From contig JALDZX010000006.1 of assembly GCA_022813865.1 (NCBI GenBank), forward strand, positions 248,001 to 312,000: a stretch of 64,000 bases of DNA, in the 5' to 3' direction. The notes beneath the pieces are model-generated. The model worked only from the letters and a program-made list of their open reading frames with translations, made no database searches and was not told the DNA's origin. Both the position numbers and the translations under genes were made by a program. Below, one piece after another: positions 12,683 to 26,300 of the stretch. Each line of letters starts with the position of its first letter. Within the stretch, counting starts at the first letter, position 1. The DNA is from Xylographa opegraphella. Its lineage: Eukaryota.

Positions 12683-14029
12683 ATGGCACCATCTGCCACA
12701 CTGGTTACCCAACAACATTCATCAATAACTCTTCATAAAGATTTGTTGACAAAAGGTTCACAGCCGAAAGATGGCGTCAAATATCCCGAAGTACTTGTTA
12801 AGGATGCGCTGAAGGAGCGTATCAACCTGATTAATACCGATACCTGCGAGGCAGGAGAGGAAGATGCATTCTTTGTGGCCGATATGGGAGACATATATCG
12901 ACAGCATTTGCGCTGGAAGATGAACCTGAAAAGAGTGAAGCCACATTATGGTAAGTAATCTCTTCGCTCGAGACCACGAACCATCTAATGTGTACCAGCT
13001 GTCAAGTGCAACCCGGACCCTGAAGTTATTCGGCTTCTTTCTACCCTCGGTACAGGATTTGATTGTGCATCAAAGGCAGAGATTGACCTGATATTGCGAG
13101 CCGGAGTCGACCCCTCTCGGATCATCTACGCTCAGCCGTGCAAAACGAAATCCTACATACGCCACGCCGCTCAACAAGGAGTGAAGCAAATGACCTTTGA
13201 CAATGCTGATGAGCTATACAAGACCAAGGCCCTATTTCCTGATGCTGAACTTTTCCTGCGAATCCTTACGGATGATTCTTCCAGTCTCTGTCGTCTGAGT
13301 CTCAAGTTTGGTGCGTCCTTGGACTGCACCGAAGAACTCCTGAAGCTAGCCCATTCGCTTGAGCTCAACGTTGTTGGCGTCAGCTTTCATGTAGGCTCCG
13401 GCGCTTCCGACCCTCAGTCCTTCGTCAAGGCCGTCCAAGACTCGCGCACCGTCTTTGACCAGGCGGCAAATATCGGCTACAACCTCAAAACTCTTGACGT
13501 GGGTGGCGGATTCTCTAGCGACACCTTTGAAGAAATGGCAAGTGTCCTCAGCGAAGCCCTCGACGAATACTTCCCACCTCATGTCCGTATCATTGGCGAG
13601 CCTGGACGCTACTATGTGGCTTCGGCCTTTACTCTAGCCTGCAACGTGATTGCGCGACGTGATATGCGGGACCCAGCTACGGGCGAGACCAGCTACATGC
13701 TTTACCTCAATGACGGCGTCTATGGCAATTTCTCAAGTATCATCTTTGACCACCAGCATCCTGTACCCCGCATCTTATCCGTCGCGAGCAAAGGATTGAA
13801 GCAACGGCCAACAGAGTACTCCATCTGGGGTCCAACCTGTGATGGGATCGATCGTATCACGGATTTGGCTATATTCAATCAGCTTCTAGATGTGGGCGAT
13901 TGGCTATATTTCGAGGAGATGGGCGCATACACGAAGTGCTCCGCTACGCGCTTCAATGGCTTCACGGACAGTCATCAGGTCATCTATGTGTCATCTGAGG
14001 CTGGGGCTTCGGCTGTCTTGCAGTATTGA
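12683..14029 (+). CDS. SPE1: Ornithine decarboxylase
   Basis: PHY|AVKCN PLP-lysine motif across intron 12951-12998; FDCAS, VGVSFHVGSG, LDVGGGF, EPGRYY, WGPTCDGID, MGAYT motifs. Confidence 0.97.
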
Positions 14030-14329
14030 TCTGGCAGAAGGCAAGGGCTTGTGAGGGTGGGAGTTCTACGGAACTTGGTACGGCTTGTTAGAAGTTGATT
14101 TTGGGGTGCTTTTACTCAGAGCTTATAGATGAGATTGTTTTTCGCAAAAACAGTCTTTTAGTTACCTTATAGATGTCAAGGCTTTATGTGGTATCACACG
14201 TACATACGCTAGTAATCCGCTAGCCGCCGAGCCGGTTATTGACCAAGCTAGGCCTCAAACGTCGTAGGTGCTCGCTTGGCCCGTCCTCGGCTGACAGTCG
14301 ATATTCTCCATTTACTTGTGTGAGCCGAC

Positions 14330-15472
14330 ATGGTTTTTTACATCCGCTTTCTCAAGGTCCCCAACATATCCCCGTCGAGTGCAGGCTCCGACTTTACCGT
14401 CAAAACCACCTTCACACTCACATCGGACCTTGGCGATGAATTCCTCGCTCAGGATGTCGAACTCTTCGTCCACCTGGACTGCAACGGAGTCACCCGCACA
14501 CCGCCCAATCACCCAAAATGGTACGCAGGCATGCGGACTCAACGACTTGAACTCCGTATGAGCAAGCACGATGCCGCGGGGCCTCTCCGGCTCTGTATTT
14601 CCGGCCACGGACCCTGTGCAGCAGATCAATTGTCCGCAGCCCGCATGCCGGAGCTGGTCTCCGCCTGGAGTGGCTTCTTTGGCGTTTCGGGCTCTCCAGA
14701 AGCGCCTCGGACTATCGAACGTCGCTTCGACATGAATATCGATGGATGCGCCGAACTTTCCGTATGGGAGGAGACGGGCGAGAGTATCGCCCGGCACATA
14801 TGGTAGGCTCGATCCTGGTCCTACATGCGCCGCCCGTCTCATCGACCGACCAGGGACGCCAGTCTTGGCCTCGTCACGCATTTGCAGGTCCTGCTCCAGC
14901 CCCAGCCTGGTCCACTCAGCTCCTCGCCACTCCGCCGACTCCTCCACACCCCCGTTTCCACCCCTTTGCGCGTCCTGGAGCTTGGCGCCGGTTGTGGTAT
15001 CGTGGGTCTCGCGCTTGCGCAGATGCGCTCGGACTGTCATGTGGTGCTCACGGACCTCCCAGAAGCAATGGACAACCTCTCGCTCAATACCGCTGCGGCG
15101 CGCCTGGCGAACGGCTCTCACGTTGAGCATCTGCCCCTAGATTGGGATGCGGAGCTGCCAGAGACTATCTGGGGGAGACGCTTCGAGCTTGTCTTGGTGT
15201 CCGACTGCACGTACAATGCAGATAGCCTGCCGGCGCTCGTAAGGACGCTTGAGGCGGTGGTGGGGCAAATGGGGACGCTGGTGCTGGTGGCCATGAAGGT
15301 CAGGCACGAGAGCGAGCAGGTCTTCTTTGAACTTATGGCGGGTGAGGAATTTGTGCAGATGGAGCATTGGAGTGTTCAGTTGCCGGACAAGTCGAGGGCC
15401 GTCGAGGGGAGGAGCGTGGATGTCGTTGAGATATATGCTTTTTCGCAGGGTAGGGAGGGACGGAGGGGGTGA
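14330..15472 (+). CDS. SAM-dependent putative protein-lysine methyltransferase (Methyltransf_16 family)
   Basis: EETGESIARHIW|DA across intron 14803-14853; VLELGAGCGIVG, LTDLPEA, LDW, SDCTYN motifs. Confidence 0.88.
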
Positions 15473-16527
15473 GGTTGCTCGGAGGTGAAACATCCGGTGC
15501 TTATGTCCTCTCGATAGCTTAGAATATCTTTCCATTTTTCTATTTGGCTGCTCCCTGCTTTGCCACTTGCTGAGAACGTGATTTCAACCTCGCCAAGACG
15601 GGTGCATACATACTGTGCTAGCTCTTCAGGAATTGCGTATCACTTTCCATAACTCCTTATTGAGTCCTGCCATGGGATCCTGTATGGAATGCTTCGCATG
15701 TACAAGTGAAGGATGTCGCGTACGGAGCATCCAGCGAGTCGATTGAGAAGATCACGATATGTTCTCGCAAAACCGGACTTGCGAGTACCAAACATCGCAC
15801 GCTCCCCAGGATGCGATTTGAACACAGAGGGTGGGTCACCTTGTGAAGGGCCATGGTCCGCATTGCGCGATGACGACTCACGGGTTCTATCCAGTGTTGG
15901 ATGGGTGGAATGCGCTGAGACCCGTGGCACTGTTCATCGTAACTTGGAAGACGGAAAGATTGCTACTTGTTCCTTTTCTGTCTTCGTGGTGGGTTTCCTA
16001 ATCACCTTCGAGCCTTCTGTTCTTTTCACAGGCGTAATCTGTACATACCAGTCGATGTATCTCCAATTCCACATTGGCGCTGCTTTCCCCTCGTCGTTCG
16101 GACTGTCTGCGAACGCGGAGTTTCATCTCGCCAGCGCCATTGATCGCGATTTTATATTCCAAGAGTAGGTTATGCTCTTAAGATTCGCCTCAATGGACTC
16201 TTGAGGTCTGCCAAGCCTCTCTTTCCTCGCTGGGACCTCGGAGTTCAAAAGGCAGTTTAGTTGTACGGAGTTGGTGCTTTACCCCACACGCCACGGCACC
16301 ATTCTACGGGACGCTGGTCGTCGAAAACAGGAGCCACGAAACTTCCCAAGAGCTTCCCCGCATTATTGGGGGAAACCCCAGCAGCCATGTTGTCGTCTTC
16401 GTTCGATCGTTGTTGTTTCTTTCGACCGACTTGGGCTCTCGTTCTCTCCTGCCAATTCTTGTGCCACTATCTGTATACGAGTGTTTGAAAACCCCCCTCC
16501 CCCCCACTCCCCTTAGCCATCCTCGCA

Positions 16528-17880
16528 ATGGCCTCGACTGTGGACGTGCCCAAGCAGCACAAAGCATGCGTGTATGATAAGCCCGGGACGGTGTCCACCA
16601 AGGTCGAGATGATCGATACCCCGGAGCCAGGACCGGGGGAAGTCCTCATCCATCTGTACGGTATCGAGGTTCCCCGCCGTAGTATACATCGCTAAGCCAT
16701 CACGCCCGCCAGGACCCATTCAGGGGTTTGCCATTCCGACTACGGCATCATGATGAACTCGGTACGCTGGCTCTCTCCCCCCTGCCGTCTCCCCGACCGC
16801 GGGGCTAACTCCTCCTTCCGCAGTGGAAGAGCCTCCCGTTCCCCACCGCGCCGGGCCAGGTCGGCGGCCACGAAGGTGTCGGCACGATCGCCAAGCTGGG
16901 CCCCGGCGCCGAGCTGGCCGGCGTCAAGATCGGCGACCGCGTGGGCGTCAAATGGGTATCCCGCATCTGCGGCAGCTGCCGTACGGGCCCCCGTCCCCCC
17001 CCCCCTGCCGCAGGCGTGGAAGCCAGGTCCCTAACACAACCTCTCTCGCAGTGGCATGCCTCGAAGGCTACGACGGCGTCTGCTTCAACCAGGCCGTCAG
17101 CGGGTATTACACCCCGGGCACCTTCCAGCAATACGTCCTCGGCCCCGCCAAGTACGTCTCCTCCCCCCTCCCTTTCTCCCTGATACCCCTATACCGACTG
17201 ACCACCCCGCTCCCAGCTACGTGACCCCCATCCCGGACTCGCTCTCCTCCATCGACGCCGCGCCCATGCTCTGCGCCGGCGTGACCACCTACGCCGCCCT
17301 GAAGCGCAGCAACGCCAAAGCAGGCCAATGGGTCCTCGTCGCCGGCGCCGGCGGCGGGCTCGGACACATCGCATGCCAGCTGGGCGCGCGCGGCATGGGC
17401 TTCCGCATGATCGGCATCGACGCGGGCGCGAAACGCGAACTGGTACTCTCCTCGGGTGCAGAGCACTTCGTAGACCTGAACGCGCACGGCGGCGACGACG
17501 CAGCCATGACGGCGGAGGTGCTGCGCCTGACGGACGGCCTCGGCGCCTCGGCGGTGCTGGTGTGCACGGCCAGCAACGGCGCGTACGCGCAGGCGATGGG
17601 CTTCCTCCGCTTTGGCGGCACGCTCGTGTGCGTGGGCATGCCCGAGGGCGCGCTGACGCCCATCGCGACCGCGTTTCCCAACACCATGTGTGCGAAGATG
17701 CTGAGCATCACGAGCGTGGCGGTGGGCAATCGCCGGGAGGCGAGGGAGGTCTTGGAGTTTGCGGCGCGGGGCGTGGTGAAGACGCATATCCGGGTCGAGC
17801 GCATGGAGGGCTTGGCCGGCGTATTTGAGGAGATGGGCGAGGGGAGGCTGATGGGGCGGGTGGTGCTGGATCTATCGTAG
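16528..17880 (+). CDS. Zinc-dependent alcohol dehydrogenase (MDR family), 4 introns
   Basis: SGVCHSD, GGHEGVG, CGSC..C..C, APMLCAGVT, GAGGGLG, GRVVL motifs recovered after removing four GTACG..CAG introns. Confidence 0.93.
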
Positions 17881-18051
17881 GGGGGAGTCGAGTATGGGAA
17901 ATGGTTGGAGGGGAAGTAAGTTGAGGACTGCTGAGGTGATATTTCAGTGCTGTCAGGCATAGCGTTTGGATAGTGTTACGGACCGATGGCCATTGTCAAT
18001 ACCATATCCGTCCCCGAGCTGATTGCACCACCACGACCGACCCCACCACCT

Positions 18052-20204
18052 TCACCCCCTCCCCTCCCCCTCCCCGCCCCTCAAGCACCACACCACCACA
18101 TGCCCCCTCCGCCTCGCATCGTCATGCCCCCACGAGTTCCATCCACGCCAACACTCGCGGTACGCACTCCCGCGCAGCACCCCGCCCAACACACCCTCCA
18201 GCGCTTCAAAAAACACCACATAATCCGGCCAAGCCTTCGCGCCCTCGGCCCCATCCGACGACTGCGTTCCCATCCCCAGCCCCATCTGCGGCGCCTTGCC
18301 ACCGAAAACGCCCTTGCGCCGCGGCGGCGGGCCCAGATGCAGGTCCAGCCACGCGACAGGCGCGGCGTAGAACTGGTCGGCCTCGTCGACGTAGGTGGCG
18401 CGCGCGGAGGCGTTGCGGTTGACGGGCGGCTCGCAGCTCAAGGCCCAGGCGTGGATGGCCGGGTGCACGAGGTGGCTGCGCCAGGGGGTGCTGTGGCAGG
18501 GCATGAGGAAGGCGGCGGTCATGGCGGTGGGGGCGGGGGCGAGGGGGGCGGAGGCCGGGGGTTGAGTCAGGTAGTGGGATTCGTGCTCGGAGCGGAGGTA
18601 GGCGAGGGCGGTGAGGGGGCCGGGTTGGTGGGAGGTGGAGGCTAGGAAGGCGATGAGGGCGTTGGTAGTGAGGAGGGCGGGGAGGAGGACGAGGCGCTTG
18701 AAAGTAGAGGGGCGGGTGTGGCGCGTGGGGGAGGCGGGCGAAATGGCGGGGAGGAAGAATTGCGTGAAGGAGGCGGCGGCGAGGATGTGTAAGGGGGGGA
18801 GCAGGGGGTAGATGAAGCGGACTTCTTTGTGGGAGATGAGAGAGAGCGTGAGAGGGGCGAGAAGGGCGAGGGTCGCGAGTTGGTGACGGGTTGTGGGTGA
18901 GATTGTGGGGGCCGGAGGCACTTGGGAGCGGAGGGTACTCGTCATGGCACGGTAGATATCGATGAGGGCGAAGGGGAGGTAGGTCGTGAGGAGTAGAGGG
19001 TATCCTTGGGTGAGATAGTAGGACCAGTCGTTCCGACCGTAGAAGACGGCCAGGGACTGCCCGATGTTGAAGTAGAGGAAGCGGAAAGGGGGAAAGACCC
19101 ATTGGCAGTAGTAGAGGCGGTCGAAGAGCGCCGAGACGGTCAGAACGAAGGACCTAACTGATCAGCATGCTATATGGATAAAGTGTAGGGTTTACGTACC
19201 CGCAAATAGCTGTCTCCCGTATAAGGACTGTGCGCTCCGTTCCAGTAGCGTGGAACAGGGAGAAACATGCTAGACAAGCCCATATTAAGAGGTTGGTTGG
19301 CCGTAAAACACAAGCCAAGGCCGCCAGTACTAGGCACCGGCGAAGTCTGTTTCTTGATCAGCACCTATGACCAGGTTGGCAGTAGTTACTGATGCTTGCC
19401 TTGCAAGCTGGTCGACGCCTTTGGGTGGGATTTCGTCTTCCACACCCCTTAATCCATCTCTCTCCACAACGTCTTTCTCTCTTCGGTCCAATGACCAATG
19501 CCATGGCCACAGGTGGAGTGCGACAGTTGTCAGAGTAGTTTCTAAACTATTCGACAGGGTTCGAGTGGAGCAGAACCACTGCCACGGACTGCAGACGGTC
19601 AAAGCAAGCTACGACAGAAAGAAGGATATGGCATCAGCTTGCGCTTCGTATACATGGATGACATTGTTATGACCACCACGTACAGTCGCCCATGACTCGT
19701 TACTGCCACTTCCGTACACCTTCCGCGCCAGTTGCCAAGTATAATAATCCCCCGTGGCCGCAAATATCGCTTGAAGCACCTTCGGCGCAGCGATGAGGAG
19801 TTCAGCACGATTGTGTGCCGAGAGATGGAGGAACTTGGCCAAGGCCGCTGACAACCAATATATAGTCGCGAACAGGTACGGATGGATGGCCGAACGAAGG
19901 TGGTGTTTCCATTCCTGCGCGTTGTTAGTAAACATGGGCCAGCAGATTGGTGTCGACCTACCCAAGTAATCCAAGCTCCGCTTTCCGGTCCGAATGCGAT
20001 CTGCCATGCTGGGTCAAGCGATTGGAAGTACTCGTCCGGCTGGAAGAAAGTCTTGATACTCAGCGCGTTCAATATGCGGAAAGCCAAGAGGAATAGCAAC
20101 ACGTCCCGCGAGGTGACAGCATGCTGGGCGCGCCGTAGAGCCTGTTGGCGCAGACCCTTATGATCACTGCTGGTCGGACCAGGCAGAGATCGCTCTTCGG
20201 ACAT
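18052..20204 (-). CDS. GPI10: GPI mannosyltransferase 3 (PIG-B/Gpi10), 4 introns
   Basis: [69 protein letters not shown] motifs. Introns 19915-19961, 19609-19683, 19347-19399 (GC-AG), ~19154-19199. Confidence 0.93.
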
Positions 20205-20738
20205 TGGACACCGGTTCCGCAGGCACTGCCAGCGGTCGTCGACAAGTCTGAGTCAGTCGTTGAAGACATAGACCAACTGAATGTTCTCGCCTAGTTCTCG
20301 CCTAGACCTCGACCAGCTTCCATCAACAACAACCGGCTCGGCCTCTGGGTACCTCCGTGCCAAGCCCGTTCCCATGCGACCTTAGCCGACAATCTTATCC
20401 CTGCAACTGCCCCGCCATTGACGATAGGGCGTCTGATTTTGCCCCACCTTCGATTCGTTCTCTAAAAGCAGGTACAGACGAGTCGCCCAATTGCTAACGG
20501 CAGTTCTGCACGATTATCAAGCCTCGTGACTAGACCTAAGGATACAACTGCACTTAGGGGATTAGGGCTAAAGAAACACACCACTACTGTCATAAAACTA
20601 GGAAGCCCACATACTTCAGTCATCAATAGCAGCAGTAGTTTTCGTCAGGATTTTGCATCGAAGTCCAAAAGATCCCAAATTCGCCAACCACCTCAAGTGT
20701 CAGATCTATTTTCGTATCCTGAGGCCGTCTGACCGAAG

Positions 20739-22364
20739 ATGGCGCCGATTGCAACCACAACATCCACTACAGCCCATGCTAATGGGACAAATGGAACAAC
20801 ATTGAAAGCAACAGCACCATCCTTTCACCCTACAGGCACACCGGACCCGTCACAATATCACGCTTCCACAACAAACGAAGCGATCCACAGTGAACACGTC
20901 CACGCCGCACACAACTATCATCCTCTTCCAGTAGTATTTGCTCGAGCATCCGGAACATCCGTATGGGACCCTGAAGGTACGTGGATCGGATTCCCAATAA
21001 TGCAGGCTGCCAAAGATTTGTCTGACACAATACTGATCATCAATCCAGGAAAATGCTATCTCGACTTCCTCAGCGCATACAGCGCAGTCAATCAGGGTCA
21101 CTGCCACCCCGAGCTCATCAAAGCCCTGACCGAACAAGCGTCGAGACTCACACTGAGTTCGCGGGCCTTTTACAATGATGTTTTCCCTCGATTTGCGGAG
21201 TTTGTCACAAAGTTCTTTGGTTTCGACATGGTACTCCCCATGAACACTGGTGCTGAGGCCGTAGAAACTGCTGTGAAAATTGCAAGGAAATGGGGATACA
21301 AAGTGAAAGGTATCCCAACAAACGAAGCATTAGTTTTCAGCGTGTCGGAGAACTTCCATGGACGAACAGTACGTCCCACTTCATTTTCTGCGCAGATCAA
21401 TTAACGGGAATTCTAGTTCGGAGCCATTTCAATGTCTACAGATGCGGAGTCAAGAGACAATTACGGTCCCTACCTGCCCAATGTTGGGGCGGTTTGCCCG
21501 AAGACCAAGAAAGTACTGCCTTACAACGATATTCCCACACTTCGTGCTGCCTTCGAGGCGCATGGCAAGAACCTGGCAGGATTCCTCGTGGAGCCGATTC
21601 AAGGCGAGGCTGGTATTGTGGTCCCCGACGAGAACTATCTGAAGGACGTGAGAAGTCTTTGCGATGAACACAATGTTCTCCTCATATGCGATGAAATTCA
21701 GACCGGAATCGCCAGGACGGGCAAATTGCTTTGCCATGAATGGGCAGGAATTAAACCAGATATGGTGCTCCTGGGCAAGGCGATATCGGGCGGCATGTAC
21801 CCTGTTTCATGCGTCTTGGGCTCGAAAGAGGTGATGCTGGTAGTTGAGCCTGGAACGCATGGTTCGACATATGGTGGAAACCCACTCGGCTGCGCGGTGG
21901 CGATACGGGCGTTGGAGATCGTTCGCGACGAGAACCTCGTCCAACGAGCGGAGCATCTCGGCAAGATATTCCGCCAAGGTCTGGCGGACCTGAAGAGCCC
22001 GATGATCAGATTGGTCCGTGGCAAGGGACTGCTGAACGCGATGGTCATCGACGAGTCGAAGACAGGGGGCCACAGCGCATGGGACCTCTGCATGCTGATG
22101 AAGGAGAAGGGATTACTGGTGGGCAGAGCTCTTAAAATCGCGCATGTGAAAGATCATGGGAACGCTGATGGACTGAAGGCCAAACCGACCCACGAGAACA
22201 TCATCCGCCTCGCGCCACCGCTCGTCATCACGGAAGAGGAGATCCAGCGGGCGTTATCGATCATCGACAGCGCAATGAAGGAGCTGCCCACGCTGAAGGG
22301 GGTGGCCGAGGACCGAGTGATCCCAGCCGGCGAGAAGAATGTGCAGATCACGTTGGACGATTAG
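20739..22364 (+). CDS. CAR2: Ornithine aminotransferase
   Basis: [71 protein letters not shown]. Introns 20977-21048, 21369-21416, 22119-22178. Confidence 0.97.
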
Positions 22365-22763
22365 GGTATTGCAGAAAGGCTTGGTTTGGGTATGAGGTAC
22401 AGATATCGGGCGTACTTCCGAAGAGTGCTCGCCCATGAGCGTGTTTGGTAACAAGAGGAGGTCGTTGCAGTTTGGTGAGCCTCCATCGAAAATAAGGTAA
22501 AACAGATTTCGGGTTTGCATAGTTCCTCGCATAGTGTCGATAGCCGGAGTGATTGTTGGCAAGTACACCTAGGGGAAGCTGCACTTTTATAGCATTTTCC
22601 GCAATTTATCTTCTTGACTCTGATTCCACTTCAAGGATAAGCGATGAAAACAGTACTGGTGTTGTGTTGTTGGTCCGATGAACAATAGTAACGACTGTGA
22701 AGCTAAACCGTACCGGTTAGCCGGCACGCACTTCGTCAAAGCACCTTAGTTCAGGGTAAGGCC

Positions 22764-22781
22764 GACAGGGGGCCCCCTGTC
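22764..22781. repeat. Perfect 18-bp palindrome upstream of the ABC transporter
   Basis: GACAGGGGGCCCCCTGTC. Confidence 0.85.
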
Positions 22782-23335
22782 CCTCCTGCCCTTCTTGGCA
22801 TCGCGTGTCTGCTCGATCAGATTATCGAAGCCTCATCGAACGACGTGCGTCATGTGTCTTGGTAAGCGTTGCCTCGTACTCTCGCGGAATCGACGATGAA
22901 GTCTCCAGGCTGCGACAAAAGCTTCGTGGGCACAGAACGCACATTACCAATCCATCCGTTCTTCTAGCCAAAGCTTGTTTGCTTGACGTGCACCCGTTCT
23001 GGTGGAGGATTCTTGGCCCGTTTCCCCCTCCAGCATTATATCTGCCCGGGGAACGGAGTAGTAGTCTAAATCCCGTCCGGGTCCCCGTCGTTCATTCGAC
23101 CTATTCGATTAGGTCTTAGCCTCGGCCTCGTTAAATCCGTCTTCATCCGTCTTGCATGGAGGCAACTTTCGCATCCCCGTCTATTCGGGTCGAATGTTCT
23201 TCCCTTACGACACCATATAGCCCCCCCCTCTCCCCCCCTTCGCCTTGACTCATCCTTCCTCTCATGCATCTCTTCTCTCGAGCACGCTTCTCTGCTGTTG
23301 AGCGTTGTTCCGCTGTAAATTAGCAAGAGTTGGTC

Positions 23336-26300
23336 ATGGAGAAATTCGGGGAGAAGGGATCGGTCTACGCCAGCGCAGACCCCGAACCGGCCGCTCAGAG
23401 CACAATCCAGTCGGAGCCTGTTGCCGAAAAGCTGGAGTATGTGACCTCTGATAGCGATGGCTCATCATCGCACAAGGAAGAATTGCGCGAGGATGCAGAG
23501 AAGCCTGTCCGGCGCACAGTGCAGCGGACAGTCACAAACGCCACTTCAGCGTCCGCTTTGACGACAGAGACGAGAAGCACGGTCCAACCGAAGAAAAAGC
23601 CGTGGTACAAGCGAATGAACCCGTTGAAATGGGGCGCAAAGCCACCGGTTCCCAAAGAAAGAGAGGTGTCGCATGAATACCACGCCTCCTTCCTCAGCAT
23701 GCTTACCTTCCAATGGATGGCACCCTTGATGTCGGTGGGTTACAAGCGTACACTGGAGCTCAACGACATATGGCTGGTCAACCCGGAGCGGAGTGCGGAT
23801 GTGCTTACGGAGAAGCTCAATACCTCTTTCAACCGACGGGTTGCGCGTGGTGATAAGTACCCTCTTTTGTGGGCCCTCCACGAAACGTTCAAGTTCGAGT
23901 TCTGGCTCGGAGGCATTTGTCAACTCTTCGCCAACATCTTCCAAGTTCTGTCACCCTTTACATTACGGTACTTGATTGCATACGCCACATCAGCATATAA
24001 CGCACAGTTTGGCGGATATGCGGGTCCGCCGATTGGGCAAGGTCTTGGTCTGGTCTTTGGGATTACCATTATGCAAATGTTGCAGAGTCTGGGTACCAAT
24101 CACTTCATTTATCGGGGTTTCATGGTCGGGGGACAATCACGAGGTCTTCTCATTTCCGTCATCTTCGAGAAAGCAATGCGGATTTCTGGACGAGCGAAAG
24201 CAGGCGGAAAAGCCATCAAAGATGCAGATGCGAAGGATGACACCAAAGCAGACGAAGATCTTGCGATAGCGAGGAAAAATGCCATTCAAAAGTTTATAGA
24301 ATCCAAGATGCGGCCGAAAGGAGGCCCTCAGGTTCCGAATGACATGAAGCAAGGCATTTCGGGCGACGGAATCGGCTGGGGAAATGGGAGGATTATCAAC
24401 CTCATGTCAACCGATACTTATCGTGTAGATACAGCTTGCGGCATGTTTCACATGATCTGGACATCCCCTGTTGCCATTACGATCACGCTTGTGGTCTTAC
24501 TCATCAACCTCACTTATTCAGCCCTAGCTGGTTTTGGCTTACTCGTGATTGGTCTTCCACTATTGACCAAAGCTATCAAGTCACTTTTCGTACGGAGAAA
24601 GGCTATCAACAAAGTCACCGATCAACGGGTTTCGCTCACCCAAGAAATTTTGACGGCCGTGCGATTCGTCAAGTACTTCGGCTGGGAAAGCAGCTTTCTC
24701 GAGCGAGTTGGACAAATTCGGAAACGGGAAATCAGAGCTATTCAGGTCTTGCTCGCCATTAGGAATGCCATCAACGCAGTCTCAATGTCGCTTCCCATTT
24801 TCGCATCAATGCTGTCCTTCATTACTTATTCGCTATCAAATCACGTCCTCGACCCTGCCCCAATTTTCTCATCCTTGGCACTTTTCAACTCTCTCCGCAT
24901 GCCGCTCAACTTACTTCCCATGGTTATCGGCCAGGTTACGGACGGTTGGTCGTCTCTTGGACGGATACAGGAATATATGATGGCTGAAGAGCAGCAAGAC
25001 GATGTGATATGGGATATGGAAGCAGAAAACGCCGTTGATGTCAACCATGCCGATTTTACCTGGGAACGCACCGCTACGAGAGATCCTACAAAAGACACGG
25101 CAACGCCCAAGGACATTCAGGCAGCCAAGAAACAAGCTAAGGAAGAAAGGAAGGCCGAGAAACGGGCATCCAAGCTTGGTGAATCGGCTGAAGATGGTGC
25201 CGAAACGTCAAGCACTCTTACCGAAATCGAACCATTCAAATTAAGTAACATCCACTTTTCCGTTGGACGCAATGAACTGCTGGCCGTCATCGGTGGCGTC
25301 GGTTCTGGGAAGAGCTCTTTACTCGCTGCCTTGGCCGGCGATATGCGCAAGACGAGTGGTGAGATCACGATGGGTGCTACTCGGGCCTTCTGCCCTCAGT
25401 ATGCCTGGATCCAAAATGCAACGGTACGAGATAACGTGATATTCGGCAAGGAAATGAATCAAAAATGGTATGACGAGGTAGTTGATGCTTGTGCACTTCG
25501 ACCTGACCTTGAAATGTTACCTGCTGGAGATTTAACTGAAATTGGTGAACGTGGAATCACAGTCAGTGGTGGCCAAAAGCAACGACTCAACATCGCAAGA
25601 GCTATCTACTTCGATAGCGATATTGTGCTCATGGATGATCCTCTATCGGCTGTTGATGCTCACGTTGGCCGGCACATCTTCGACAAAGCCATCTGTGGAC
25701 TATTGAAAGACAAATGTCGTATACTCGCGACCCATCAGCTCCACGTTCTCAACCGATGTGATCGGATCATATGGCTCCAGAATGGCGAGATAGAGACCAT
25801 TGACACCTTCGACAATCTTATGAGGTACAACGAAGGCTTTCAGAGAATGATGGCTACCACGGCGCAAGAGGAGAAGGTTGAGGAAGAGGAGAACGTCAAT
25901 GAAGATGAGATCGAAGACGAGAAGAAGGTCGCTGACAAGAGAAAGAAAGCCAAGAAGGGTGCCGCTCTGATGCAACAAGAGGAGCGTGCAACCAAGAGCG
26001 TGTCTTGGGGTGTGTATGCGGCTTACGTCCGATCATCAGGCAGTTTGCTTTACGGACCGATGGTCTTAATCCTCCTGATAACTTCTCAATGTGCCAATAT
26101 TGCGACGAGTCTGTGGCTATCATACTGGACGTCCAATCGCTTTGGGTTTTCAGAAGGGCAGTATATTGGCGTATACGCTGGCCTTGGTGTCTTGCAGTCA
26201 TTGCTCATGTTCGGATTTTCCATCTCTCTGTCCATTCTTGGGACGACGGCCAGCAGAATCATGCTCAATCAAGCAATGACACGAGTATTGCGGGCGCCCA

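Noticed and set aside
15657..15930. Minus-strand fragment containing FTCTCEAF, resembling a SWIM finger start
   Set aside because: Lacks the downstream CxH and has no supporting gene structure
17100..19100. Long overlapping and antisense ORFs over ADH/GPI10 (also over DUF3074, FYV4, NMO and the ABC 3' end)
   Set aside because: Shadow ORFs caused by high GC and skew; low-complexity translations
20069..20269. Alternative GPI10 start at 20269
   Set aside because: Out of frame with the conserved TFFQPDEY region; at most an overlapping uORF with no supporting evidence
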